Positions 47,053 through 56,273 of a stretch of DNA of 64,000 nt are shown one piece after another. Under the pieces are notes generated by a model, which saw only the letters and a program-made list of their open reading frames with translations, did not search any database and had not been told where the DNA came from. A program made the position numbers and the translations under genes. The stretch covers positions 652,238 to 716,237 of the forward strand of contig JBDONL010000003.1 in the NCBI GenBank assembly GCA_039831335.1. Direction: 5' to 3'. Origin of the DNA: Sphingomonadaceae bacterium. GTDB lineage: Bacteria; Pseudomonadota; Alphaproteobacteria; Sphingomonadales; Sphingomonadaceae. Each line of letters begins with the position of its first letter. Position 1 is the first letter of the stretch.

Positions 47053-48323
47053 GCGATATTGGCCCAAACTCAGGCGACAGAAGAATTTTTTCGGTCGCCA
47101 CTGTCGCCATCCTACTGGCGATCGGCATTGCAAGTTTTTTCGGAGCGCTGTTGCTAGGCGCTTATGCGCCCGTTCTTCGCCAGAGTGGAGGCGGCGGTGA
47201 ACATGCCATGTCGCGTTCCGCAGTAGGCTTTGCCGGAATAGTCCGACTCGCCTCCGACATGGGTCGCAATCCAGAAATAATTCGGCAGCAATCCCGCTGG
47301 ATGAATGCTCAGCTGGTGGTGGCCACGCCAGAATCCGCTTCCATTCCCATCGGCGACCTCCTGACAACGAGACAATACAAGACGACACTGCTGGTGTTGC
47401 CGAAATGGGAAACCGTTGCGGATGATGGTCATCGCGGCTGGGTTCGCATCAAAGGCCTGCTGCCGCGAAGCGAACCGGAAGGCGTTCTCGCGCCGGGGGA
47501 CGATTACACCATCGCAAGGCGCGACAAGTCAGTGGGTCAACTGACGAATGCGGCTGATATACCGGGAAAGATCGTTTTTGCCGCACCCAAGCATCTTCAA
47601 GTTATTACGAGCTACAAACCCGGCGGAAGTTCTTCCACATCATCTACCTCCAAAGCCGGTGATGACGCCCCCCTCCCGCAGAAGTTCGAACCATTGATAA
47701 CAGACGGTAAGGGTGGAACTGTACTTGGAAGGCTGGGTAATCTCTACATTCTTGCGGACCCGGACCTGATCGACAATGCCGGGTTGAAAGACGAGCGCAA
47801 TGCAGCATCGGCGCTCATGTTGCTCGACTGGCTCAACCGGTTGCACCCGCAGTCGATCGGGTTCGACGTTACGCTTAACGGCCTGGGTGGCAGCCGCAAC
47901 TTGCTCGAGCTTGCTTTCGGGCCACCTTTTCTCGCGGTAACATTATCGCTGCTCGCTGTTGGGCTGCTGCTCGGTTGGCAGGCAATTTGGCGCTTCGGAG
48001 CCGCACAACAGCGTGAACGCGCAATTCCCTTCGGCAAGGCCGCATTGGTCGAGAACGGGGCGGCTCTTATTCGCAAGGCCCGACGAGCCAGGCACTTCGG
48101 CGGCCGATATGCCTCCGTGATCCAGGAACAGGCGGTGCAGGCGTTCGGAGTTCCCGCGCGCATAAAGGGTGACGCGATCACCTCCTACCTCGACGAAATC
48201 GACGAACACAATCGCTTCTCGGACCTGGCCTTCGCGGCACAAGAAGCTGGGGACGAAACCGAAATGCTCGACGCCGCACAGGCGCTCTATAGATGGCAAC
48301 AGGAGAAACTGGATGACACTTGA
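47049..48323 (+). CDS. DUF4350-like membrane protein
   Basis: ATGA overlap with the upstream gene. N-terminal TM (VATVAILLAIGIASFFGALLLGAY), a large extracytoplasmic domain, a second TM (FLAVTLSLLAVGLLLGW) and a cytoplasmic tail. The family call rests on architecture and context. Confidence 0.55.
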   Translation: MSDIGPNSGDRRIFSVATVAILLAIGIASFFGALLLGAYAPVLRQSGGGGEHAMSRSAVGFAGIVRLASDMGRNPEIIRQQSRWMNAQLVVATPESASIPIGDLLTTRQYKTTLLVLPKWETVADDGHRGWVRIKGLLPRSEPEGVLAPGDDYTIARRDKSVGQLTNAADIPGKIVFAAPKHLQVITSYKPGGSSSTSSTSKAGDDAPLPQKFEPLITDGKGGTVLGRLGNLYILADPDLIDNAGLKDERNAASALMLLDWLNRLHPQSIGFDVTLNGLGGSRNLLELAFGPPFLAVTLSLLAVGLLLGWQAIWRFGAAQQRERAIPFGKAALVENGAALIRKARRARHFGGRYASVIQEQAVQAFGVPARIKGDAITSYLDEIDEHNRFSDLAFAAQEAGDETEMLDAAQALYRWQQEKLDDT

Positions 48324-49269
48324 CGAAGTCAAACAACTGACGAGGGACATCCGGCAGGAAGTGGGCAAGGCAGTCGTCGGTCAGGACAGGACTGTCGATC
48401 TCCTTCTGGCCGCGCTGCTATCGGGCGGCCACGTGCTGCTCGAAGGGCCGCCCGGAACTGCCAAGACGCTGCTGGCACACAGTTTTGCCGAAGCGGTCGG
48501 AATGCGTTTCGGTCGTATCCAGTTCACTCCCGACCTGATGCCGGGCGATATTATCGGCGCCAACCTTTTCAACTTCCAGACCTCGACGTTTACTCTCACC
48601 CGAGGGCCGATCTTCACCGAGATGCTACTCGCGGACGAGATCAACCGCACACCGCCCAAGACACAGGCAGCGTTGCTAGAGGCCATGCAGGAACGAACCG
48701 TCACAATCGACGGCCAGAGCCTGGCCTTGGGGGACCGCTTTACAGTCATCGCAACGCAGAACCCGATCGAGCAGCAAGGAGTTTACCCCCTGCCCGAGGC
48801 ACAGCTCGATCGTTTCCTGTTCAAGCAATTGGTCGATTATCCTTCGCTTGAAGAGGAACAGCGGATCATTGCCGCGCATGGCCATGTCGGTGATCGTATG
48901 CGTCCGGAGGCATGGGGCGTCGGCAAGGTCACGAACGCAGAATCTGTTGGAAAAGCTGTTGCCGCCGTTCGGGAGGTCAAGCTGGTTGATGAGGTGGTCC
49001 AGTATATCGCCGCGCTTATCCGCGGCACTCGCAGCGTGGCGGAGCTCGAAAACGGCGCTAGTCCACGTGCCGGAGCCCTGCTTGCTGGCGCTGCGAGAGC
49101 GTGGGCGGCAATGGACGGCAGGGATTTTGTCGTTCCCGACGACGTGCAGGCGCTGGCTCCCGCACTTCTGCGGCATCGTCTGATCCTTTCTCCGGCCGCA
49201 GAGATCGATGGGCGGCAGGTTGAAGACATCCTCGCAACCATCATCGATTCCATTGAGGCGCCGCGTTGA
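48313..49269 (+). CDS. MoxR family AAA+ ATPase
   Basis: Walker A LEGPPGTAKT, Walker B LLADEINR, and ATQNPIEQQGVYPLPEAQLDRF (sensor and arginine-finger region typical of MoxR). 11-nt overlap with the upstream gene. Confidence 0.92.
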   Translation: MTLDEVKQLTRDIRQEVGKAVVGQDRTVDLLLAALLSGGHVLLEGPPGTAKTLLAHSFAEAVGMRFGRIQFTPDLMPGDIIGANLFNFQTSTFTLTRGPIFTEMLLADEINRTPPKTQAALLEAMQERTVTIDGQSLALGDRFTVIATQNPIEQQGVYPLPEAQLDRFLFKQLVDYPSLEEEQRIIAAHGHVGDRMRPEAWGVGKVTNAESVGKAVAAVREVKLVDEVVQYIAALIRGTRSVAELENGASPRAGALLAGAARAWAAMDGRDFVVPDDVQALAPALLRHRLILSPAAEIDGRQVEDILATIIDSIEAPR

Positions 49270-50579
49270 TTTACCCCGCACGTCCGGCGATTCTGGCAGC
49301 ATTGGCGGGAGCGCCGATCGCGCTGGCCATTGCCGGATTTCTGCCTGGGCTGTGGTATATCGGGCTTATCTGGTCTTGCGCTGTGCTGTTGCTCGTAGCG
49401 GTTGATGGCGCGCTGGGACCTCGCCCCGCCACGGCTAGGGCCGAAATCAAATTGCCCGGTACTGCTTCGGTTGGAACCGCTTTCGAGGCGCTCGCCAAAA
49501 TACATTTCGATGCCGAGCAAGCCCCATCTTCGGTGGAGGTCGCACTTGGCATGGCATCGATTCTAGAAGCCACCAAGAATGTAGAGATCGTACAGATCGA
49601 TGGACGCCACGGAACGGGTCATTTCGAAGTCACTCCCCTGCGACGGGGTACGGCGCATTTTCCCCGTATCTGGATAAGATGGAGAGGACCTTTCGGCCTG
49701 GCCTGGAAGCAGCGGGTGATTAACATAGATGCTGGGGTGGCGGTCCTGCCCGACATCGAGACGGCACATCGCCGCGCGGGCGAAATCTTCCGTCGCCATG
49801 CCCTCCAGGGACTACTGCTGCAAATTGATCGTGGTGACGGGACAGATTTCGATACGCTGACCGAATACAAGCCGGGAATGGACAAGCGGGCAATCGACTG
49901 GAAGCAATCGGCACGCCACATCAAATTGCACGCAAAGGAATTCCGGACCGAACGCAACAACCAGATCGTCTTTGCAATCGATGCAGGGCGTCAGATGTCG
50001 GACCCGATCGCCGGGCTTCCGCGACTTGATAGGGCCGTTTCCGCAATGCTCCAGAACGCTTGGATTTCGCTCAAGCTCGGCGATCGCGCAGCGTTGTTTT
50101 CGTTCGATTCCCTTCCTCGTCTTGCAAGCGGTTTCGTTGCTGGAACCCGTGCCTTCGGTGAGCTCCAACGGCTGGCTGCGCAAATCGACTACAGTTCCGA
50201 AGAGCCCAACTACACGTTTGCCCTTGCGACCTTGTCCCGGCGTCTCAAGCGCCGCTCAATGGTTGTGCTTATTACCGAATTCACCGATCTAACTGCTGCC
50301 GATTTCCTGATCGATGCGGTGTCCCGCTTGATGCGCAAGCACCTTTTGATGATTGTGGTCTTGCGCGACGAGGACCTTGAAACATTCGCTTCACACGAGC
50401 CGGTGAGCACCGACGACGTTACCCGGGCCGTGACCGCCGCCGCACTGTTGCGGGAACGGCTGCTGGTGCTCACTCGCTTGCGCCATCTTGGAGTCAACGT
50501 TGTGGAGAGTGAACATGATCGCCTCGGCGATCGCATCACCGCGGCATACCTCGATCTCAAGCGGAGAAACCTGCTGTGA
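49266..50579 (+). CDS. DUF58 domain-containing membrane protein
   Basis: Two N-terminal TMs, DUF58 signature DFDTLTEYKPGMDKRAIDWKQSARH and a VWA-like fold with IVFAIDAGRQM at the MIDAS position. TTGA overlap with moxR. Confidence 0.85.
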   Translation: MIYPARPAILAALAGAPIALAIAGFLPGLWYIGLIWSCAVLLLVAVDGALGPRPATARAEIKLPGTASVGTAFEALAKIHFDAEQAPSSVEVALGMASILEATKNVEIVQIDGRHGTGHFEVTPLRRGTAHFPRIWIRWRGPFGLAWKQRVINIDAGVAVLPDIETAHRRAGEIFRRHALQGLLLQIDRGDGTDFDTLTEYKPGMDKRAIDWKQSARHIKLHAKEFRTERNNQIVFAIDAGRQMSDPIAGLPRLDRAVSAMLQNAWISLKLGDRAALFSFDSLPRLASGFVAGTRAFGELQRLAAQIDYSSEEPNYTFALATLSRRLKRRSMVVLITEFTDLTAADFLIDAVSRLMRKHLLMIVVLRDEDLETFASHEPVSTDDVTRAVTAAALLRERLLVLTRLRHLGVNVVESEHDRLGDRITAAYLDLKRRNLL

Positions 50580-51592
50580 GCACTCCCGTCGAATCCGATG
50601 ATATCTATTTCAACACCACACGGCTGCGGCTTGCGCGCGAGGCGGATTGGGACCGGCTTGATCACATCATAAGCCAGCTGGAAAAGAAATCCGCCAAATC
50701 GCTCGACGATGATGATTTGCTGGCGTTGCCAGTGCTGTATCGCGGTGCGTTGTCTTCCCTGTCGGTGGCGCGCGAGACGTCCCTCGATCGCTCGCTAACC
50801 CGCTACCTCGAACAGCTGTGCACCCGTGCCTACTTCCAGATCTACGGGGTGAAGGTATCGGGCTGGCGACAGGTCGCGAACTTTTTTGCCGAGGGATGGC
50901 CCGGCGCGGTGCGCAACATATGGCGCGAAACACTGGTGGCCCTGTTGCTGACCGTGCTTGGGACTCTCTTGGGATATTTGCTTGTACGCGGTGATCCGAG
51001 CTGGTTCTTCGACCTCATGCCAGGAGGGATGGCACAGGGGCGCGATCCCGCAGCCTCTGCGCAGGCACTCTCCCAAACGTTGTATGATCCGGGCAAGGAG
51101 GGTTTTCTCGGGATATTTGCCACAGCGCTGTTCACGCATAATTCGCAGACAGCGCTTTTCGCCTTCGCGCTGGGTTTCGCGTTCGGGCTACCGACCGCCA
51201 TGCTGCTTATCTACAATGGCGTGATGCTCGGGGCGCTGTTCGCCGTATTTGCCCCCAAGGGCCTTGGTGCGTCATTTGCGGCCTGGATCATGATCCACGG
51301 GACCACTGAGTTGTTCGCCATCATGCTGGCAGGTGCGGCCGGTTTTCGCATCGGCACTGCAGTGGCTTTTCCCGGCCCTCTCGCTCGTCTCGATGCGGCC
51401 GTGCAGGCAGGCAGGACTGCCGGGCTGGTCATGCTCGGTGTGGTAACAATGCTACTCGTGGCGGGTATCCTCGAAGGTGTCGGTCGGCAGACGATCCTTG
51501 TCGACTGGCAACGCGCTGCAATCGGTTCCGCGATGCTGTTTTGCTGGTTGACATATTTCTACCTTCCACGGCGGCACACTCATGATCGGTAA
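50576..51592 (+). CDS. Stage II sporulation protein M-like (DUF95) membrane protein
   Basis: Cytoplasmic N-domain plus about 5-6 TMs, with the characteristic IMIHGTTELFAIMLAGAAGFRIG. GTGA overlap with DUF58. Confidence 0.75.
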   Translation: MSTPVESDDIYFNTTRLRLAREADWDRLDHIISQLEKKSAKSLDDDDLLALPVLYRGALSSLSVARETSLDRSLTRYLEQLCTRAYFQIYGVKVSGWRQVANFFAEGWPGAVRNIWRETLVALLLTVLGTLLGYLLVRGDPSWFFDLMPGGMAQGRDPAASAQALSQTLYDPGKEGFLGIFATALFTHNSQTALFAFALGFAFGLPTAMLLIYNGVMLGALFAVFAPKGLGASFAAWIMIHGTTELFAIMLAGAAGFRIGTAVAFPGPLARLDAAVQAGRTAGLVMLGVVTMLLVAGILEGVGRQTILVDWQRAAIGSAMLFCWLTYFYLPRRHTHDR

Positions 51593-52457
51593 GGCAAAAT
51601 CCCCACGCCGAAAGCGACGTACGCTGAAACGCAATTTCGTCACGCCTGAAGGTGTCGACCTTCAACTTACACTCGGCTCGGCTGGCGAACGCGCGGGTGC
51701 GTTTCTGATCGACCTGATAATTATGTTCGCAATCCTGATCGCAGCAAGTCTTATTACTGCCGCGCTCTTCAATGGTTTTGGTAGCGATGCTGATCCGGTG
51801 TTCGCAATCATCTGGCTGCTCGGTTTCTTCATGCTGCGCAATTTCTGGTTCACCCTGTTCGAGATGGGCGGTCGAGGCGCTACGCCCGGGAAACGCCTGT
51901 TGGGTTTGCGAGTGGTCGCTCGCGACGGTGCAAGACTGAGCGGGGCGGCGGTCGTCACCCGCAATGCCTTGCGCGAGATCGAGATTTTCCTGCCATTCTC
52001 GCTGCTGGCAGCTACCGGAGCAGAGGGAAGCAATACCGATGCCTATATCTGGGCAGCTCTCTTATGGAGCGGATTGTTCCTGTTCCTGCCACTGTTCAAT
52101 CGCGACCGATTGCGTGCCGGTGACATGCTGGCTGGCACCTGGGTGGTTCAGGTTGTCAAAAACGATCTGGCGTTCGATCTCACCGCAGCCACGAACGAAC
52201 GGCAGCGCACCCATTTCACCGACCAAGCGCTCGACCTGTATGGCGAATTCGAACTTCAGACTCTGGAGGACGTGCTGCGAAGGAACGATCCCGAAGCAAT
52301 CCGTATCGTTGCCAAGACTATCCGCAGCAAACTTTCAATGCCGGATGAAGGAGACGATTATGACTTCCTGTTCGACTATTATGCCGCCCTTTGCGCGCGC
52401 CTCGAAAAAGGCCTGATGCTCGGGAAGCGTCGGACCGACAAATTCGAGAATGCGTGA
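51582..52457 (+). CDS. RDD family membrane protein with a C-terminal soluble extension
   Basis: RDD pattern (RAGAFLIDLII ... RDRLRAGDMLAGTWVV). 11-nt overlap with the upstream gene. Confidence 0.75.
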   Translation: MIGKAKSPRRKRRTLKRNFVTPEGVDLQLTLGSAGERAGAFLIDLIIMFAILIAASLITAALFNGFGSDADPVFAIIWLLGFFMLRNFWFTLFEMGGRGATPGKRLLGLRVVARDGARLSGAAVVTRNALREIEIFLPFSLLAATGAEGSNTDAYIWAALLWSGLFLFLPLFNRDRLRAGDMLAGTWVVQVVKNDLAFDLTAATNERQRTHFTDQALDLYGEFELQTLEDVLRRNDPEAIRIVAKTIRSKLSMPDEGDDYDFLFDYYAALCARLEKGLMLGKRRTDKFENA

Positions 52458-52548
52458 GGAGGTCATACGATAACACAGGAGCGAATGTTAACGTCACGCG
52501 ACACAAACGGCGCAACGCTGTGATGGTGGTGTGACATCAGCTCTCGAC

Positions 52549-52566
52549 ATCACATCTTGATGTGAT
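52549..52566. promoter_or_regulatory. Perfect 8-2-8 inverted repeat immediately upstream of ribBX (candidate operator)
   Basis: ATCACATC-TT-GATGTGAT ends 11 nt before the ribBX ATG. Additional TGTGAT/TGTGAC copies lie at 52519 and 52530. Confidence 0.4.
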
Positions 52567-52577
52567 ACATATGGGGT

Positions 52578-53843
52578 ATGAGCACGGTAATCGAACGCGT
52601 TCGCGCATTGGTCGCGAATGAGACCATGACCCGCAGCGGCCTCGCGCGCGCAGCGGGCCTCCACGCCAACACATTGCGCGACTGCACCGACGAGTCATGG
52701 AACCCGACGACCGAGACGCTCGCCAAGCTCGGACAGTTCCTCGAACAACATGACGACAGTCCCGTTCTCGTCGGGATCGAGGAGATTATCGACGAGGCGC
52801 GCAATGGTCGAATGTATATCCTCGTCGACGATGAAGATCGCGAGAATGAGGGTGATCTCATCATCCCCGCGCAAATGGCCACGCCTAACGCCATCAACTT
52901 CATGGCAACTCACGGTCGCGGATTGATCTGCCTCGCGCTTGATCGCAAGCGTATCGATGCCCTCGATTTACAGCCGATGAGCCGCAACAACAGCGAATCC
53001 ATGCAAACGGCATTCACTGTTTCGATCGAAGCACGAGAGGGCGTGACGACAGGTATTTCCGCGGCCGACCGGGCTCGCACAATCGCAGTGGCGATCGATT
53101 CCGGTAAGGGTCCGCAGGACATAGTCTCGCCGGGACATGTGTTTCCCCTTGCCGCACGCGATGGCGGCGTGCTGGTGCGCGCCGGTCATACCGAGGCAGC
53201 GGTCGATATCTCCCGCCTTGCCGGCCTCAACCCCTCCGGCGTGATCTGCGAGATCATGAACGGGGATGGCAGTATGGCGCGGCTCGAAGACCTGATCGCA
53301 TTCGCGCGGCGCCACTCGCTCAAGATCGGGACGATCCGCGACCTGATCGCCTATCGCATGCGCAATGATCACCTTGTCGAACTGGTCAGCGAGAGTGCGC
53401 TAACATCCGACTATGGCGGCGATTGGCGCGCAATGAGTTATCGCAGCAAGGTGTCCGGTGCCACCCACGTTGTGCTTCAGAAGGGTCATGTCGATCCGAC
53501 CGAACCAACGTTGGTTCGAATGCACGCAATTTCGATCTTCGACGATGTGCTGGGGCAGACGGGCACACGCAAGCGCCAGTTGCAACGCTCGATGGATGCG
53601 ATCGGCGAAAACGGCACAGGGATCGTGGTCGTCATCATGGGCAACAGTCCAGAGGGAATTCAAGCCGAAATCGGACGCCGCCCCCACCCGGATGGCGAAT
53701 TACGCGATTACGGCATCGGCGCGCAGATATTGGTCGACCGGGGAGTCAGCGAGATGATCCTGCTCACCGACAGCGAGCGCACGGTCGTCGGCCTTGAAGG
53801 TTACGGCCTCAAGGTCGTAGGCCGCCAATCCATTCCAGCTTGA
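52578..53843 (+). CDS. ribB: RibBX-type 3,4-dihydroxy-2-butanone-4-phosphate synthase (degenerate GTP cyclohydrolase II (GCH II) domain) with an N-terminal HTH-like extension
   Basis: DHBP synthase core [19 protein letters not shown]...GHTEAAVD. The C-terminal GCH II-like domain lacks the Zn cysteines ([17 protein letters not shown]). About 60 aa of N-terminal extra sequence. Confidence 0.88.
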   Translation: MSTVIERVRALVANETMTRSGLARAAGLHANTLRDCTDESWNPTTETLAKLGQFLEQHDDSPVLVGIEEIIDEARNGRMYILVDDEDRENEGDLIIPAQMATPNAINFMATHGRGLICLALDRKRIDALDLQPMSRNNSESMQTAFTVSIEAREGVTTGISAADRARTIAVAIDSGKGPQDIVSPGHVFPLAARDGGVLVRAGHTEAAVDISRLAGLNPSGVICEIMNGDGSMARLEDLIAFARRHSLKIGTIRDLIAYRMRNDHLVELVSESALTSDYGGDWRAMSYRSKVSGATHVVLQKGHVDPTEPTLVRMHAISIFDDVLGQTGTRKRQLQRSMDAIGENGTGIVVVIMGNSPEGIQAEIGRRPHPDGELRDYGIGAQILVDRGVSEMILLTDSERTVVGLEGYGLKVVGRQSIPA

Positions 53844-53853
53844 GGAGCCTGCC

Positions 53854-54273
53854 ATGGCCCAGTTTCTTATCGTCGAAGCACGTTTCTATGCGCATCTCAA
53901 CGACCAGCTTATCGACGGGGCACGCAAGGCGCTTGAGGCGAAGGGACATTTGGTCGAGGTGTTGACCGTTCCGGGAGCGCTGGAAATACCCGGTGCCATT
54001 GCACTCGCTGCTGAAAGCGGTCGCTACGATGGCTTTGTCGGCATTGGCGTTGTGATCCGTGGGGAAACCTATCACTTCGAGATCGTTGCAGGGGAGAGCG
54101 CGCGTGGGATCATGGCGCTGACCATGGACGGTATCGCCATCGGCAATGGTATCCTCACCGTCGAAAACGAAGCGCAGGCCCAGGTCCGCGCCGATCCCGC
54201 GCAAAAGAACAAGGGTGGCGAAGCGGCCGAAGCGGCCATGGCGCTGCTCGCATTACGGGATAAATTTGCATGA
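53854..54273 (+). CDS. ribH: 6,7-dimethyl-8-ribityllumazine synthase
   Basis: 139 aa. [10 protein letters not shown]...IRGETYHFE motif. Confidence 0.9.
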   Translation: MAQFLIVEARFYAHLNDQLIDGARKALEAKGHLVEVLTVPGALEIPGAIALAAESGRYDGFVGIGVVIRGETYHFEIVAGESARGIMALTMDGIAIGNGILTVENEAQAQVRADPAQKNKGGEAAEAAMALLALRDKFA

Positions 54274-55193
54274 TGAACCATCCTGCCCTCTCCGGGATTC
54301 CCCTCGTCCTTGGTGGTAACGTATTCGGCTGGACCGCCGACAAGGACACCAGCTTTGCCGTGCTCGACGCTTTCTACGAGGCCGGAGGCCGGATGATCGA
54401 CACGGCCGATGTCTATTCGGCGTGGGTTGATGGCCATAAGGGTGGGGAATCGGAAACGGTGCTTGGCGAGTGGCTCGAAAGCCGCGGCGTGCGCAAGGAT
54501 ATGCGTATACACACCAAGACCGGAATGCTGGGCGGCAAGGAGCTCTACGAGCCAGAGCGCGTGCTCAAATCGCTCGATGCCTCGCTCGAGCGGCTACGCA
54601 CAGACTATATCGATCTGTAATACGCCCACCGCGATTATGAAGAGCTGACTCCAGACGTAATCGTGACCGCTTTCGACGGGGCCGCCAAAAGCGGGAAAGT
54701 TACATCGCTTGGCGCGTCGAACTTCGGTTCCGACCGACTTAAGGCGATGCTCGATACAGCATCCACAAAAGGTGCGGCCCCGTTCAGCGTTCTGCAAAAC
54801 GAATACAATCTCGTGAGCCGCGACGGCTTTGGGCGCGACCTGCAGGATTTGTGCAAGTCGAAATCCATCCCGATGCTGCCTTATTTCGGATTGGCTGCGG
54901 GCTTCCTGACCGGGAAATATCGCAAGCCGGAAGACTTCGAGGAAGGAGCACGAGGCGCTGGGATCAAGAAGTTCCATGAAAAGGGCGCGAGCGTCCTCAA
55001 AGTTATGGACGCGATTGCGGAGGAAACCGGTGCGGGCCATGCGGCTATCGCGCTCGCATGGTTGCGTGAGCAACCCGCCATCGGTGCGCCAATTGCGAGT
55101 GCGCGCAAGCCCGAGCAGCTAACCGACCTGATCGCGTCGACCAAACTCGATCTCAGCGATGCGCAAATCCGGAGCCTCACTGAAGCGCTCTAG
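54270..55193 (+). pseudogene. Aldo/keto reductase interrupted by one in-frame TAA
   Basis: ORFs 54270..54620 and 54663..55193 are in the same frame. The sequence reads ...LRTDYIDL-TAA-YAHRDYEE..., where AKR family members have DYIDLY(Y/Q)xH. TAA at 54618..54620. Confidence 0.75.
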
Positions 55194-56272
55194 GCACCAT
55201 CGAGGAATTGGGTCAGTCCAAACGGACTGTATGGCCCGAGGATCAATTGTTCGAACACTCCGATGCCCGTCGCGTCTCCGCTGACTCGGACGGGCATCTG
55301 GACGTGGAGGTTTTCGGGAGCGAGCGGATCGATCTGATTCAGCAGGATATCCTCGCGCTCGATCTTTTGCGAACCGTGATACATGCCGTGGCCCCAGACC
55401 GGATGGGTATAGCCTAGCCCGCGCATCTGGAAGCGGCCCAGAACCTCGAGCCTCAAATCCTGTGGCGCGCCGTCGATCTCGATCGTGAGCTGCCCGCTTT
55501 GCGGCCATCGCGTTCCTGCTTCGAGCTGTGTCGCCAATGTCCCCTGCCCTTCCAGGATGCCCGATGCGGCGGCACCATCCGGCGCCCATGCAGCGCGCGT
55601 GTTCCATGCGTGGCCTCCAGTATCGGCATTGAGGTGGAAGAACAGGCTGCCCCGATCGAGGTTGAGCGGCGTCCACTGCCAGAAAAACGCCGGCGCCGGT
55701 GTGCCCGGCATGGGCTGTGGGTCACGTGCGCCGATGGGTCGGACGCCCCAACTGCGATCGCGCGTGCCCATCGTTCCTGCTGCCAGATCGCGGCGCTCAC
55801 CATCGACCTCGATCCACCCCGAATAATGGCCATTCTGGGTCAGCCGCGTATAGTCCATGAAAGCACGCGGCCCGATCCGGTGGATGAAGCGCGGCTCTTC
55901 GATGGGGAATGCCTTTCCGGTAAACGCGATCTTAGCCGAAATTCCCTCGAAGCTATCCACTCGAACGACGAGCCTGTTCAGCGGTTCGAGGATCTCGATG
56001 CTGATCGGTCCGACCGACAGGTCCATCCGTTCCATGCCCAATTCCCGGCTGGCATGAATACAATGCTGTGTGCCGCCACGAACGACGTTGAAGTGAGCAT
56101 CGATGATGTCGAGATGAGGGTACACTCCGAGAGCGATTGCAAAGAACTCGCCGCCATCGGGCGCATATCCGTTGAAGAAATAGCGGTCGTAGAAATTCCG
56201 ATCAGTGCCGGAGTATGCGATCGGTTCACTGGTTTGATGGATCGGAAATTCGTCGCCCTTGCTCAACGCCAT
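55190..56272 (-). CDS. Conserved hypothetical protein, coupled to the phosphotransferase gene
   Basis: 360-aa ORF with no TM or signal peptide. Contains a GTRDRSWGVRP motif. Its ATG lies 1 nt after the stop of the upstream kinase-like gene. Confidence 0.6.
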   Translation of the reverse strand: MALSKGDEFPIHQTSEPIAYSGTDRNFYDRYFFNGYAPDGGEFFAIALGVYPHLDIIDAHFNVVRGGTQHCIHASRELGMERMDLSVGPISIEILEPLNRLVVRVDSFEGISAKIAFTGKAFPIEEPRFIHRIGPRAFMDYTRLTQNGHYSGWIEVDGERRDLAAGTMGTRDRSWGVRPIGARDPQPMPGTPAPAFFWQWTPLNLDRGSLFFHLNADTGGHAWNTRAAWAPDGAAASGILEGQGTLATQLEAGTRWPQSGQLTIEIDGAPQDLRLEVLGRFQMRGLGYTHPVWGHGMYHGSQKIEREDILLNQIDPLAPENLHVQMPVRVSGDATGIGVFEQLILGPYSPFGLTQFLDGA

Positions 56273-56273
56273 T

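Noticed and set aside
52530-52565. CRP/FNR-type site (TGTGA...TCACA)
   Set aside because: The TGTGA and TCACA motifs are spaced by 15 nt. The closely spaced pair is in the inverted TCACA-N6-TGTGA order, not the CRP consensus TGTGA-N6-TCACA.
52458-52577. Expected FMN riboswitch upstream of the riboflavin operon
   Set aside because: The leader is only ~120 nt, and I could not find the conserved FMN-element core helices. This was judged by eye only and needs a covariance-model scan.
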